NCBI GenBank assembly: GCA_963665125.2
Contig: CAXXUK010000001.1
Location: 2,848,001-2,912,000, forward strand
Direction: 5' to 3'
Length of the DNA: 64,000 nt
Origin: an uncultured Desulfarculus sp.
Lineage (GTDB): Bacteria > Desulfobacterota > Desulfarculia > Desulfarculales > Desulfarculaceae
Part shown: piece after piece, positions 40,012 to 49,481 of the stretch
Position numbering within the stretch: position 1 is the first letter of the stretch
How the letters are laid out: every line of letters starts with the position of its first letter
The notes under the pieces: generated by a model
Seen by the model: only the letters and a program-made list of their open reading frames with translations
Told to the model about the DNA's origin: nothing
Database searches by the model: none
Position numbers and translations under genes: made by a program

Positions 40012-40131
40012 TCCGCCAAAACGGCGAATTGGCCTTGTTTACTTAGCAAACCGGTGGTTATTGCTTTTTCAAAACATACCAATATGTATGATCGTTTACT
40101 GTATACAACATTTTAGAATGTATTGCATGAC

Positions 40132-40929
40132 TTATATAACCGCAGCTTGGGCCAGTTCCTGGGCCAATTCCAGGGTCGACGCCACCGCCTTGGCCGGGTC
40201 GGCCTCGGCCAGGGTCCGCCGCACCAGGGCGCTGCCCACGATCACGCCGTCGGCACAGGCCGCCAGGCTGGCCGCCTGCTGCGGCGTTGCCACGCCAAAG
40301 CCCACGGCCACCGGCAGGTGGGAAATGGCCCGCACCTGTTCCAGGCGCTGGGTCAGCGGTCCGCCCACCTTCAGTTCGGCCCCGGTAACGCCGGTCATGG
40401 ACACGTAGTACAGGAACCCTCCGCAGTATTGCAAAACCTTTTTCAAACGTTGGTCATCGGTGGTGGGCGTGGCCAGCATGATCAGATCGATGCCCTGGGC
40501 CTTGGCCGCGGTGTACAGGGGCTCTGCCTCCTCGGGCGGCAGGTCCGGGATGATCAGCCCGCAGACCCCGGCCTGGGCGGCCCGGCGGGAAAACTCATCC
40601 AGGCCCATATGCAGGATGGGGTTGTAGTAGCTCATGATCACCAGGGGCGCGTCGACCTTGGGCGCTGCGGCGGCCAGCATGTCCAGCAGCCCGCCCGGCG
40701 TGACCCCGGCGTCCAGGGCCTTTTGGCTGGATTCCTGGATGGCCGGGCCGTCGGTCATGGGATCGGAAAACGGCAGCCCCACCTCGATGACATCTGCCCC
40801 GGCCTTGGCCAGGCCGATGAGCAGGTCCTCGAAACCGGCCGGATCGGGCAGGCCTCCGGTGACAAAGGGTATGAACGCGGCGCGGCCCTGGTCTTTGGCC
40901 TTGGCGAACGCCTGTTGAATCTTACTCAT
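40132..40929 (-). CDS. trpA: tryptophan synthase alpha chain
   Basis: IEVGLPFSDPMTDGPAIQ, GVTG, VGFGV, VGSALV. Confidence 0.97.
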   Translation of the reverse strand: MSKIQQAFAKAKDQGRAAFIPFVTGGLPDPAGFEDLLIGLAKAGADVIEVGLPFSDPMTDGPAIQESSQKALDAGVTPGGLLDMLAAAAPKVDAPLVIMSYYNPILHMGLDEFSRRAAQAGVCGLIIPDLPPEEAEPLYTAAKAQGIDLIMLATPTTDDQRLKKVLQYCGGFLYYVSMTGVTGAELKVGGPLTQRLEQVRAISHLPVAVGFGVATPQQAASLAACADGVIVGSALVRRTLAEADPAKAVASTLELAQELAQAAVI

Positions 40930-40931
40930 GA

Positions 40932-42155
40932 TCATTCTCCGATCAGCGCGTTTGTTTGGGAGCCGTCCTTATCGCCCCGGCCCGACAGGCAAACCACGAT
41001 GATGTTGTCCTTGGCCATTTTCGGCGCGACGTATTGCAGGTAGGCCAGGGCGTGGCTGCTCTCCAGGGCAGGGATGATGCCTTCCAGGCGACTGAGCAGA
41101 CCGAAGGCGGCCACGGCTTCGTTATCGGTCACCGAAGCGTATTCCACTTCGCCGGCGTCGTGCAGATAGCAGTGCTCGGCCCCCACGCCGGGATAATCCA
41201 GCCCCGCGGCGATGGAATGGGCCTCCAGCACCTGGCCCCACATGTCCTGGAGCAGGTAGATATGAGCCCCGTGCAGCACGCCGGGCTCGCCCTTGGTCAG
41301 GCAGGCCGCGTGCTTGTCGGTGTCCAGGCCGTGTCCGGCCGCCTCCACGCCGATCTTGCGCACTCCCTTGTCGCCCAGGAAGGGATGGAACATGCCCATG
41401 GCGTTGGAGCCGCCGCCCACACAGGCCAGCAGGAGGTCGGGCAGACGCCCTTCCTTTTCCAGGATCTGGGCCCGAGCCTCCCGGCCGATGACCGACTGGA
41501 TGTCCCGGACGATCATGGGATAGGGATGGGGCCCCACCACCGAACCGATGATGTAGTGGGTGTCTTCCAGGTTGGTCACCCAGTAGCGCATGGCGTCGCT
41601 GGTGGCGTCCTTGAGGGTCCGGGCCCCGCAACTCACCGGCTTGACCGTGGCCCCCAACAGCTTCATGCGGGTGACGTTCAGCGCCTGGCGCTCGATGTCC
41701 ACCTCGCCCATGCAGACCACGCACTCCAGACCGAACAGGGCGCAGGCCGTTGCCGTGGCCACGCCGTGCTGGCCCGCGCCGGTCTCGGCAACGATGCGCT
41801 TTTTGCCCATCTTCTTGGCCATGAGGCACTGGGCCAGGGCGTTGTTGATCTTGTGTGCGCCGGTGTGGGCCAGATCCTCACGTTTGAGGAAGATCCGCGC
41901 CCCGCCGTGGTGGGCGCTGAGGCGCTTGGCCTCGTACAGGGGCGTCTGGCGGCCCACGTAGTCTTTCAAAAGGCCCTGCAACTCGGCCACGAACTCGGGG
42001 TCATTTTTCAGTTTGGCGTAGGCCTCTTCCAGTTCGAACAGGGCGGGCATCAGCGTCTCGGGCACGAAGCGTCCGCCGTATTCGCCGTAGCGGCCCCTGC
42101 TGTCCGGCAGCTCAGGCATTGTGGGCTCTGCGGACAAAGCTTGCGATTTTGTCAT
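40932..42155 (-). CDS. trpB: tryptophan synthase beta chain
   Basis: [35 protein letters not shown]. Confidence 0.97.
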   Translation of the reverse strand: MTKSQALSAEPTMPELPDSRGRYGEYGGRFVPETLMPALFELEEAYAKLKNDPEFVAELQGLLKDYVGRQTPLYEAKRLSAHHGGARIFLKREDLAHTGAHKINNALAQCLMAKKMGKKRIVAETGAGQHGVATATACALFGLECVVCMGEVDIERQALNVTRMKLLGATVKPVSCGARTLKDATSDAMRYWVTNLEDTHYIIGSVVGPHPYPMIVRDIQSVIGREARAQILEKEGRLPDLLLACVGGGSNAMGMFHPFLGDKGVRKIGVEAAGHGLDTDKHAACLTKGEPGVLHGAHIYLLQDMWGQVLEAHSIAAGLDYPGVGAEHCYLHDAGEVEYASVTDNEAVAAFGLLSRLEGIIPALESSHALAYLQYVAPKMAKDNIIVVCLSGRGDKDGSQTNALIGE

Positions 42156-42726
42156 GATCTTTTCTCCCAGGCTCCATCTCCAGGCCGGAACTGGCGTCCA
42201 CGGCATAGGGCCTGACGGTTTGAATTGCTTGTTCCACGTTATCCGGGCCCAGGCCTCCGGCCAGAATCAGCGGCCGCAGCCTGGCCGCTTCCACGGCCAA
42301 CTTCCAGTCAAACACCTTGCCCGTGCCACCGTGCATGCCCTTTACCGCCGTATCCAGCAGCAATGTCGCGCCGCGGTGGGCCTCGGGATCGGCCTTACCT
42401 TCGCCGCCCATGCCCTGGACACGGATCACCCGCCGGGGTCCGCCCAGCATGGCGTCGGCGGCATCACCGGACCCGCCCACCAACTGGACCATGTCCAGCC
42501 CGCAGAAATCACGAATCCGCTTGATCTCGTCGGCAGGGGCGTCAACGAACACGCCCACGGTCACGGCCAGGGGCGGCAGTTGGCTGATGATCTGTTTGAC
42601 CTGATCGGGCCTGAGCTGGCGCGGGCTCTCGGCCAGGATGAAACCCAAAGCGTCGGCCCCGGCGTTCAAGGCGACCAGGGCGTCGGCCAGGTTCGTCAGG
42701 CCGCATACCTTCACTCTGGTTCTCAT
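42112..42726 (-). CDS. trpF: phosphoribosylanthranilate isomerase
   Basis: [27 protein letters not shown]. Confidence 0.95.
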   Translation of the reverse strand: MRTRVKVCGLTNLADALVALNAGADALGFILAESPRQLRPDQVKQIISQLPPLAVTVGVFVDAPADEIKRIRDFCGLDMVQLVGGSGDAADAMLGGPRRVIRVQGMGGEGKADPEAHRGATLLLDTAVKGMHGGTGKVFDWKLAVEAARLRPLILAGGLGPDNVEQAIQTVRPYAVDASSGLEMEPGRKDHDKIASFVRRAHNA

Positions 42727-43517
42727 CACGCCCGCCCTCCCCGGCAAAGCTCGTTCAGGGCCTTGGCCGGATCGCCGGATTTCATCAAGGCGCTGCCGAT
42801 CAAAAAGGCGTCGCACCCGGCGTCTTTGAGCCTGGCGATATCCTCAGGCCCGTTGATGCCGCTCTCGGCCACCACCAGGATACCCCTGGGGACCAGCTGG
42901 CGCACATCAACGCTGGTCTGCAAGTCTATTTTCAGCGTATCGAGGTTGCGGTTGTTGATGCCCACCAGCGGCGGATTCAGGGGCAGCACCGCCGCTAGTT
43001 CCTTGGCGTCGTGCACCTCCACCAGGGGAGTCAGGCCCAGAGCCACGGCTTCATTATACAGCTCGGCCAGGCGCTGGGCACTCAACACGGCGGCCACCAG
43101 CAGGGCGGCGTCGGCCCCGGCCTTTCTGGCGGCGGCCAGCTGGGCCTCGTCGATGTGAAAATCCTTGGCCAACAGCGGCAGGTCCACGGCCCGGCGCACG
43201 GCCTTCAGGTCGTCCAGTGAGCCCTTGAAAAACCGCTGGTCGCACAGCACCGAGCAGGCCGAGGCCCCGGCCCCGGCATAGGTGGCCGCCTGTGTGGCCG
43301 GGTCGATGCCAACGGCTATGTCGCCCAGGGACGGCGAGGCCTTTTTGACCTCGGCGATGACTGGCGTGTGGGGGCAGTTCTTGAGCGCGGCCAGGAAATC
43401 CCGGCACGGCGCCATTTCCAGGGCCTCCCGCCGCAGGGCATCGCAATCGGTTTGCTCATGGAGCGCGGCGACCTCCCGGCGCTTTTGCTCCATTACCGTG
43501 TCCAAAAAGCCGCTCAT
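42726..43517 (-). CDS. trpC: indole-3-glycerol phosphate synthase
   Basis: IAEVKKASPS, KDF, LVEVH, GINNRNL, VAESGI. Confidence 0.96.
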   Translation of the reverse strand: MSGFLDTVMEQKRREVAALHEQTDCDALRREALEMAPCRDFLAALKNCPHTPVIAEVKKASPSLGDIAVGIDPATQAATYAGAGASACSVLCDQRFFKGSLDDLKAVRRAVDLPLLAKDFHIDEAQLAAARKAGADAALLVAAVLSAQRLAELYNEAVALGLTPLVEVHDAKELAAVLPLNPPLVGINNRNLDTLKIDLQTSVDVRQLVPRGILVVAESGINGPEDIARLKDAGCDAFLIGSALMKSGDPAKALNELCRGGRA

Positions 43518-43518
43518 T

Positions 43519-44556
43519 TCAGGCAGCCTTTCCGGCCGTGGCCGTGGCCCCGGCCAGGGCTTCCATTTTGGCCAGGGCGGCGCCGCTGTCGATGCTGGCG
43601 GCGGCCAGCTTGACGCCGTCGCGAAGGCTGTCAACCTTACCGGCGGCCATGATCGCCGCCGCGGCGTTGGCCAGGACCATGTCCCTGGTGGCGCCCTTCT
43701 TGCCGTTCAAGACGTCCAGGCTCATTTGCCTGCTTTGTTCGGCATCGGCGGCCACCAGCTCCCCGGGCGAGGCCGTGGCCAGGCCCAGATCCTCGGGGGT
43801 GATGTCCACTTCGGTCACCTTGCCGTCGGCCAGATAAGCCGCCTTGGTGGGGCCGGTGACGGTGATTTCGTCGTAGCCGCCCTGGCCGTGGACCACAAAG
43901 GCGCTTTGGCAGCCCAGACGCCCCAGCACCTGGGCCAGGGTCGTGGTCAGCTCCGGGGCAAACACGCCCATGACCTGGGCCGTGGCCCCGGCCGGGTTGG
44001 TCAGCGGACCAAGGACGTTGAATATGGTGCGCATGCCCAGTTCCCGACGCGGTCCGATGGCGTGCTTCATGGCTCCGTGCAGGGCCGGGGCGAACAAAAA
44101 GCCGATGCCCACCGCGTCCAGGCACTGGCCAACCTGCTCGGGCGTGAGGTCCAAGTTGATGCCAAAGGCCTCCATCAGGTCGGCGCTGCCGCACTGGCTG
44201 GACATGGCCCGGTTGCCGTGTTTGGCCACCCTGCAGCCCGCGCCGGCCACCACGAACGCCGCCGTGGTGGAGACGTTGAAGGTGCTGGAGCCGTCGCCGC
44301 CGGTGCCGCAGGTATCCACCAGGGTCTCGCCCCTGGCCGCCGCCTTGGTGGGCACGGCCGAGGCCTTGGCCCGCATGACCTTGGCCGCAGCGGTGATCTC
44401 ATCGACGGTCTCGCCCTTCATGCGCAGACCCACCAAAAGCCCGCCTATCTGGGCCTGGGTGGCCCGGCCTTCCATGACTTGGTTCATGACCTCGGTCATC
44501 TCGGCTTCGCTGAGGTTTTGCCCGGCCACCACTTTTGCTATCGCCTGTTTGATCAT
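43519..44556 (-). CDS. trpD: anthranilate phosphoribosyltransferase
   Basis: DTCGTGGDG, FNVST, KHGNR, RTIFNVLGPLTNP. Confidence 0.96.
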   Translation of the reverse strand: MIKQAIAKVVAGQNLSEAEMTEVMNQVMEGRATQAQIGGLLVGLRMKGETVDEITAAAKVMRAKASAVPTKAAARGETLVDTCGTGGDGSSTFNVSTTAAFVVAGAGCRVAKHGNRAMSSQCGSADLMEAFGINLDLTPEQVGQCLDAVGIGFLFAPALHGAMKHAIGPRRELGMRTIFNVLGPLTNPAGATAQVMGVFAPELTTTLAQVLGRLGCQSAFVVHGQGGYDEITVTGPTKAAYLADGKVTEVDITPEDLGLATASPGELVAADAEQSRQMSLDVLNGKKGATRDMVLANAAAAIMAAGKVDSLRDGVKLAAASIDSGAALAKMEALAGATATAGKAA

Positions 44557-44588
44557 TTTTTCCTCGCCGTCAAATTGCCAAACTATCC

Positions 44589-44629
44589 AAAACAAAGGCC
44601 GCGAACGCTCTTTGGTTGCGTCCGCGGCC
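44589..44629 (-). terminator. trp attenuator terminator
   Basis: GGCCGCGGACGC-loop-GCGUUCGCGGCC followed by UUUGUUUU, 33 nt before trpD. Confidence 0.85.
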
Positions 44630-44654
44630 GTGATATCGCTTTATGCGGGTTATA

Positions 44655-44738
44655 TCAGATCACACAAAACCCACGGCCGCTGGAGCGCCAATAGCCCCGC
44701 CAGCCCTGCCAGGTGATGTTGTTGATGATCTGATACAT
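44655..44738 (-). CDS. trpL: trp leader peptide MYQIINNITWQGWRGYWRSSGRGFCVI
   Basis: three Trp codons in 8 codons; GAGGAG upstream; overlaps the antiterminator segment. Confidence 0.82.
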   Translation of the reverse strand: MYQIINNITWQGWRGYWRSSGRGFCVI

Positions 44739-44771
44739 GGTGCGTCCCGTTCTCCTCGTGTATACGGTATA

Positions 44772-44800
44772 CAAATACTGGAACACTGCCGAACCGTCAA
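44772..44800 (-). promoter_or_regulatory. sigma70 promoter of the trp operon
   Basis: TTGACG-N17-TATTTG just upstream of the leader. Confidence 0.6.
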
Positions 44801-44935
44801 CTTCTTTTTCAGCGCCGGAGGCATTTTGTATACAATTTTTTTGCATTCTCAAGGCCTTTTGACGGCTCGTTATTGACACGGGGAGCAAATGACGTCACAA
44901 TCTTGTTTAGTTGCTAATCGTGTTGAGGATTATGG

Positions 44936-45388
44936 ATGGACACCGAGGCGAAATTTAAAAATCTGCTGGCCGCGTTCATGGGCCTGTACAACCAGATAAA
45001 TGCCTCGGAAAAACGGCAATATGACTTTGGCACGGGAACGATGCTGCACCCCTCGGAGATCCACACCATTGAGGCCATCGGCCAAAACACGGGCATCAAT
45101 GTGACCGAACTGGCCAAACTTATGAGGGTGACCAAGGGCGCCATATCCCAGGTCATCAAGAAGCTGGAAGCCAAGGGCATGATCTCCAAGTATTTCAGCG
45201 ACGACAACAACCAGCGGGTGTTGCTCAAGCTCACGGCACAGGGCCAAACCGCCTTTGACGGTCACAACCGGCTTCACCAGCGGCAATACGACCTGCTGAA
45301 AAAGGAGTTGGAGCATCTCGGCGACGAGCAGGTCCGCTTTTTGGCCGAGGTAATGGGCAGTATCGAGCGCTCATTTGAGCAACTATAA
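44936..45388 (+). CDS. MarR-family regulator
   Basis: EIHTIEAIG..GINVTELA..VTKGAISQ..KKLEAKG..LT..G. Confidence 0.92.
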   Translation: MDTEAKFKNLLAAFMGLYNQINASEKRQYDFGTGTMLHPSEIHTIEAIGQNTGINVTELAKLMRVTKGAISQVIKKLEAKGMISKYFSDDNNQRVLLKLTAQGQTAFDGHNRLHQRQYDLLKKELEHLGDEQVRFLAEVMGSIERSFEQL

Positions 45389-45436
45389 AATTTTTTACTA
45401 AACTTGTTAAGCTGCTATATAAGTTCGGAGGATATC

Positions 45437-46045
45437 ATGGACAAGCCGTTCAACCTCAAAAAAGTCACCACTCCCATCATCCTGCATTTGCTCCAGGGCC
45501 AATTGCCCCGGCCGCGCCTGTTTCTGCTCAAATGCCTGTTGACCGCGGGCAAGATCCGCAAGCAATGCGCCGCCGAATTTCCGGCCGAGCTGTTGGACCT
45601 GGCCGCCATGCCGCTGTGGGTTTACATCAACCTCAAAGCCAGGCTGGGCCGGACCAAGGCCCTGGAAATCATGCGCATCGCCCTGTTGACCGCCGGGGTG
45701 GCCAAGCAAAACATGCTCTTCGACCCGGTGGAGCGGGGCCGCTCCTTTGACACCTTTGTGGACATGGAACTGGAGATCAACCGCAGCGGCACGACCAAGT
45801 GGAATACGCTCAACGTCGTGCGCCGGGAAGCGGAACTGTTCGAGATCGAAATCACCCGCTGCCGCTACCACGAACTGACAGGCAAGCTGGGCGTACCCGA
45901 GATGACGCCGCTGATCTGCCAGGTGGACAACGCCGTGTTCAACTCCTATCTGCCCGAGGAAATGATCTTTCACCGGGAGGGCCGGGGCAACCGGATCTGT
46001 GACGGCGCGAAAAAATGCCGTTTCATATGGCAGATGCAAGCATGA
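45437..46045 (+). CDS. L-2-amino-thiazoline-4-carboxylate hydrolase-family protein
   Basis: ITRCRY..LGVPE...ICQVD..GAKKCRF three-Cys pattern. Confidence 0.75.
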   Translation: MDKPFNLKKVTTPIILHLLQGQLPRPRLFLLKCLLTAGKIRKQCAAEFPAELLDLAAMPLWVYINLKARLGRTKALEIMRIALLTAGVAKQNMLFDPVERGRSFDTFVDMELEINRSGTTKWNTLNVVRREAELFEIEITRCRYHELTGKLGVPEMTPLICQVDNAVFNSYLPEEMIFHREGRGNRICDGAKKCRFIWQMQA

Positions 46046-46087
46046 CCATATGAAACGGCAACCATAAGAAAGCTTCGGAAGTAATGC

Positions 46088-46879
46088 CTAGGTTTTTGCC
46101 GCCCGCCAGGCCGGCGCCATTGCCTCCAACAGGGCCTCCCTGTCGCCGTCGGCCAGGGCGTCGTCGATGGCGTCTATGCTGCGGCGCAAGTGGCCGATTA
46201 TCTCCACGGCCTCGGGGTTGGCCAGGGCCAAACCAGCGAAAAGCTCGGCCGGCTGGGTGCATTGCTGCCTGAGCACCCGGGCCAGCCTGCCGAACCAGGG
46301 CCCGGCCAGGGGCTCAACCCGGCCAAGGTCCTGGCCCATACCGGCCAAGGCCGCGCCGAATCCAGCCATTAGCATGTGCCGCAGGCTCTGGCCGGCGGCC
46401 ATGAGCATGTCGTGGTCCTCGGGCGTGGTCTCGTTGACCTGGGCGCCCTGACTATGCAAAAAACGTCGGACCCTCTCGGTCCAGGGGCCTTCACGGCCCC
46501 TGCACAAAAACACTATCTGCCTCTCCAGCGACTCGGCCGACGGTCCGAACAGGGGATGGCAGCCCAGGACCTCGCCCCGGGCGTGGCGCATCATGCTGTT
46601 CAGGGGATCGGCCTTCAACGAGCACAGGTCGATCACCAGGCCGTCGGGTTTTGTCAGGGGGCCCAGGCGGGCCATCACCGGTTCCATCTGGTGCACCGGG
46701 ATCGACAGCACCAAAATGTCGCAAAACTCGGCCAGCCTGGCCTCGTTTGGCTGGTCACGGCCCGTGGTGGCCTCCACCCGGCAATCCAAAGCGTCCAACC
46801 GGGTTGCCAGCCAGCGCCCCATGCGGCCGTGACCGCCGATTATGCCTATCCTAAAGTCGCTAAAGTCGGGTTCTTCCAT
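46088..46879 (-). CDS. tyrA: prephenate/arogenate dehydrogenase
   Basis: IIGGHGRMG, DLCSLK, HPLFGP, EDHD..MA..Q.L.H. Confidence 0.88.
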   Translation of the reverse strand: MEEPDFSDFRIGIIGGHGRMGRWLATRLDALDCRVEATTGRDQPNEARLAEFCDILVLSIPVHQMEPVMARLGPLTKPDGLVIDLCSLKADPLNSMMRHARGEVLGCHPLFGPSAESLERQIVFLCRGREGPWTERVRRFLHSQGAQVNETTPEDHDMLMAAGQSLRHMLMAGFGAALAGMGQDLGRVEPLAGPWFGRLARVLRQQCTQPAELFAGLALANPEAVEIIGHLRRSIDAIDDALADGDREALLEAMAPAWRAAKT

Positions 46880-46881
46880 GC

Positions 46882-47988
46882 CTACACCGTCTGGGTCGCG
46901 CCGTTCCAGGTTTCGGGCTCACCCATGGGGTAGGAACCCAGCACTTTGAGCCAGCGGGTTTCCTCGTCCATGATGTTGAGCACCTGCTTGATGTTGTCGT
47001 CCTCGACATGGCCCGCCAAGTCTACGTAGAACACGTATTCCCAGGGCGTATCCTTCAAGGGGCGCGACTCGATGCGGGTCAGGTTGATGCCCAGGTCGGC
47101 GAAGTTCTTCAGGGCCGTGAACAGCATGCCCGGCTTGTGATGGGTCACGAACAGGATGCTGGTCTTGTCGTTGCCCGTGGGAGGGCACTTCTGACGGCCG
47201 ATGACAAAGAACCGGGTCATGTTGTGCGGGTTGTCCTGGATGTCCTTGGCCAGGACGTTGAGTCCGCTCTGCCTGGCGGCCAGGATCGAGCCCACGGCCG
47301 CGGCGTCGGGTTCCTCGGTGGACTTCTGAGCCGCGGCGGCCGTGCTGGTGCTTTCCACCAACAGGGCCTTGGGCACGTTGCGGGCCAGCCAGCCCCGGCA
47401 CTGGTTCAGGGCCTGGGGATGCGAATAAACCCGCTTGATATCGTCCATGTTTTCGGCCTTGCTCATCAGCACGTGGGCGATGGGCGAAAAGATCTCGCCG
47501 CAGACGCTCAGGTCGCTGTCCAGGAACAGGTCCATGGTCACGCTTACCTGACCCTCGCTGGAGTTCTCCACGGGCACCACGCCCACCTGGGAGTGGTTGC
47601 GGGCCACCTCGTGGAACACGTCGATGATGGAGCGGTGGGGTGCGAAATCGCACGACGAGCCGAAGTGGCGCATGGCCGCCTGGTGGCTGAACGTGGTGGG
47701 CGGGCCCAGATAGGCCACCCGCAGAGGCCGCTGCACGGCCCGACAGGCGCTGATGACCTCCGCGAAGATGCCCCGCAGAGACTGGTTGGACAGGGGACCC
47801 TGGTTGTGATCCTGCAGGGCCTCGATGATCGCCTGTTCACGCTCGGGCGCGAACTCCGGCAGACCGCCCGCTTCCTTGTTCCGGCCAATTTCCATGGCCG
47901 CCAGAGCCCTTTCATTGAGCAGATCGACAATTTGGCGATCGATCTGGTCGATCCTGCCCCGCTGCTCCTGGATTTTATCGGCCACCAT
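46882..47988 (-). CDS. pheA: chorismate mutase / prephenate dehydratase (P-protein)
   Basis: N-terminal AroQ domain, PVENSSEG, SHPQAL.QC, TRF, ACT domain ESRP. Confidence 0.95.
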   Translation of the reverse strand: MVADKIQEQRGRIDQIDRQIVDLLNERALAAMEIGRNKEAGGLPEFAPEREQAIIEALQDHNQGPLSNQSLRGIFAEVISACRAVQRPLRVAYLGPPTTFSHQAAMRHFGSSCDFAPHRSIIDVFHEVARNHSQVGVVPVENSSEGQVSVTMDLFLDSDLSVCGEIFSPIAHVLMSKAENMDDIKRVYSHPQALNQCRGWLARNVPKALLVESTSTAAAAQKSTEEPDAAAVGSILAARQSGLNVLAKDIQDNPHNMTRFFVIGRQKCPPTGNDKTSILFVTHHKPGMLFTALKNFADLGINLTRIESRPLKDTPWEYVFYVDLAGHVEDDNIKQVLNIMDEETRWLKVLGSYPMGEPETWNGATQTV

Positions 47989-48113
47989 AACTTTGTTCTC
48001 CTTTTGCGTTGTTTCCACCGGCGCCAGCACTGGTTTGGGGCCTTTTGCCGCGCGCCTGCCCCCGATGGCCCAGTTTTGGGCCAATCTTATAAACAGGGGT
48101 GAGCCAGCCATTA

Positions 48114-49004
48114 CTAGATCCGCCTGTCGCACATGGCGGCCATGCCGCGCAGTTGGTCCATTAATAATTTGAATTCATCAGGATGCAGCGACTGCTCGCC
48201 GTCGCAAAGGGCATCCTCGGGATGGCAATGCACCTCGACCATGATCCCGTCGGCGCCCACGGCCAGGGCGGCCTTGGCCATGGGGGCCACATAGCGGCGC
48301 TTGCCCACGGCATGGCTGGGGTCGACGATTACCGGCAGGTGGGTGCGTTCCTTGAGGACCGGCACCACCGACAGATCAAGGGTGTTGCGGGTAGCTGTTT
48401 CAAAGGTGCGGATGCCCCGTTCGCAGAGGACCACACCGGGGTTGCCGCCGTCAAGGATGTATTCGGCGCTCATCAGCAGTTCGTCAACGGTGGTCATCAG
48501 GCCGCGCTTCAGCAGCACCGGTTTTTTGCACTTGCCCACTTTTTTGAGTAGCGAGAAGTTCTGCACGTTGCGGGCGCCGATTTGAATCATGTCGGCCTGT
48601 TCTTCCAGCAACGGCAGGTCGTCGGCATCCATCAGCTCTGTAACATAGGGCATGCCGGTCTGGCTGCGGGCATAGCTCAGAAGGGCCAGGCCGTCGGGCC
48701 CCAGGCCCTGGAAGCTGTAGGGGGAGGTGCGGGGCTTGTAGGCGCCGCCGCGCAGGATGGCCCCGCCGGCATCGGCCACGGCCCGGGCTGTTTCGGCCAT
48801 CTGTTCGTTGCTCTCCACCGAGCAAGGCCCGGCGATTACCACGAAACGTTCACCACCGATTTCGACTCCGCCCACCCGTACCGTGCTGTCGGCCGGATGA
48901 CTGTCCCGGCTGTGCAGCTTTTGGGGGGCGCGGGATTTGCAGCTTTCCGGGTCTATGACCGGCACCACGGGTGTTCCGGCTCCCTGAATCTCTGCCACCT
49001 GCAT
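48114..49004 (-). CDS. aroF: DAHP synthase type I-beta
   Basis: [50 protein letters not shown]. Confidence 0.95.
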   Translation of the reverse strand: MQVAEIQGAGTPVVPVIDPESCKSRAPQKLHSRDSHPADSTVRVGGVEIGGERFVVIAGPCSVESNEQMAETARAVADAGGAILRGGAYKPRTSPYSFQGLGPDGLALLSYARSQTGMPYVTELMDADDLPLLEEQADMIQIGARNVQNFSLLKKVGKCKKPVLLKRGLMTTVDELLMSAEYILDGGNPGVVLCERGIRTFETATRNTLDLSVVPVLKERTHLPVIVDPSHAVGKRRYVAPMAKAALAVGADGIMVEVHCHPEDALCDGEQSLHPDEFKLLMDQLRGMAAMCDRRI

Positions 49005-49022
49005 TCTCTCCTCCTAGGGTTT

Positions 49023-49065
49023 AAAAAAATCAAGCCATGTGGTCCCTCTCCGGGTCCCATGGCTT
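49023..49065 (-). terminator. second terminator-like hairpin before aroF
   Basis: AAGCCAUG...CAUGGCUU followed by GAUUUUUUU. Confidence 0.6.
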
Positions 49066-49083
49066 TTTTTCCTCGTATAAATT

Positions 49084-49127
49084 AAAAAGGCCATGGGCTT
49101 CGCTTGCTTGGCGTCTGCCCATGGCCT
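49084..49127 (-). terminator. aroF-pheA-tyrA attenuator terminator
   Basis: 11-bp perfect stem AGGCCAUGGGC/GCCCAUGGCCU followed by UUUU. Confidence 0.85.
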
Positions 49128-49150
49128 CGGTTGGTCTTTATTCAGCGAAT

Positions 49151-49273
49151 TTAGACGCTAACCTCCCCGGCCGACAGGCAGACGCCGGTAAAATAGAAAA
49201 AGCTAAAGTAATAAAAGTCCGCAAAGCTTGCGCCCCGGCCATTCATTACTGCTATTTCAGTTCTGCCTGTCAT
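49151..49273 (-). CDS. Phe/Tyr-rich leader peptide MTGRTEIAVMNGRGASFADFYYFSFFYFTGVCLSAGEVSV
   Basis: 6 Phe and 3 Tyr in 12 codons directly upstream of aroF-pheA-tyrA; alternative start at 49246. Confidence 0.85.
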   Translation of the reverse strand: MTGRTEIAVMNGRGASFADFYYFSFFYFTGVCLSAGEVSV

Positions 49274-49481
49274 TGTCAAAAATTCGCCTTTCGTATGACG
49301 CAAATAAAACAGCAAAACCAATCGCCTGTCAAGAAGCCAAGGCGTGTTTTTTTTATTAACGTGTTGAAGCCGCAAGCCCGTTCCAGACCAACAAACCCAC
49401 AACTGTCTGTTTTAGCTGTCAATCATCCCTGAAAAGCATTAATATGACCCGTCTGTTGAAAACCGCTTTTGGAGAAAATTT

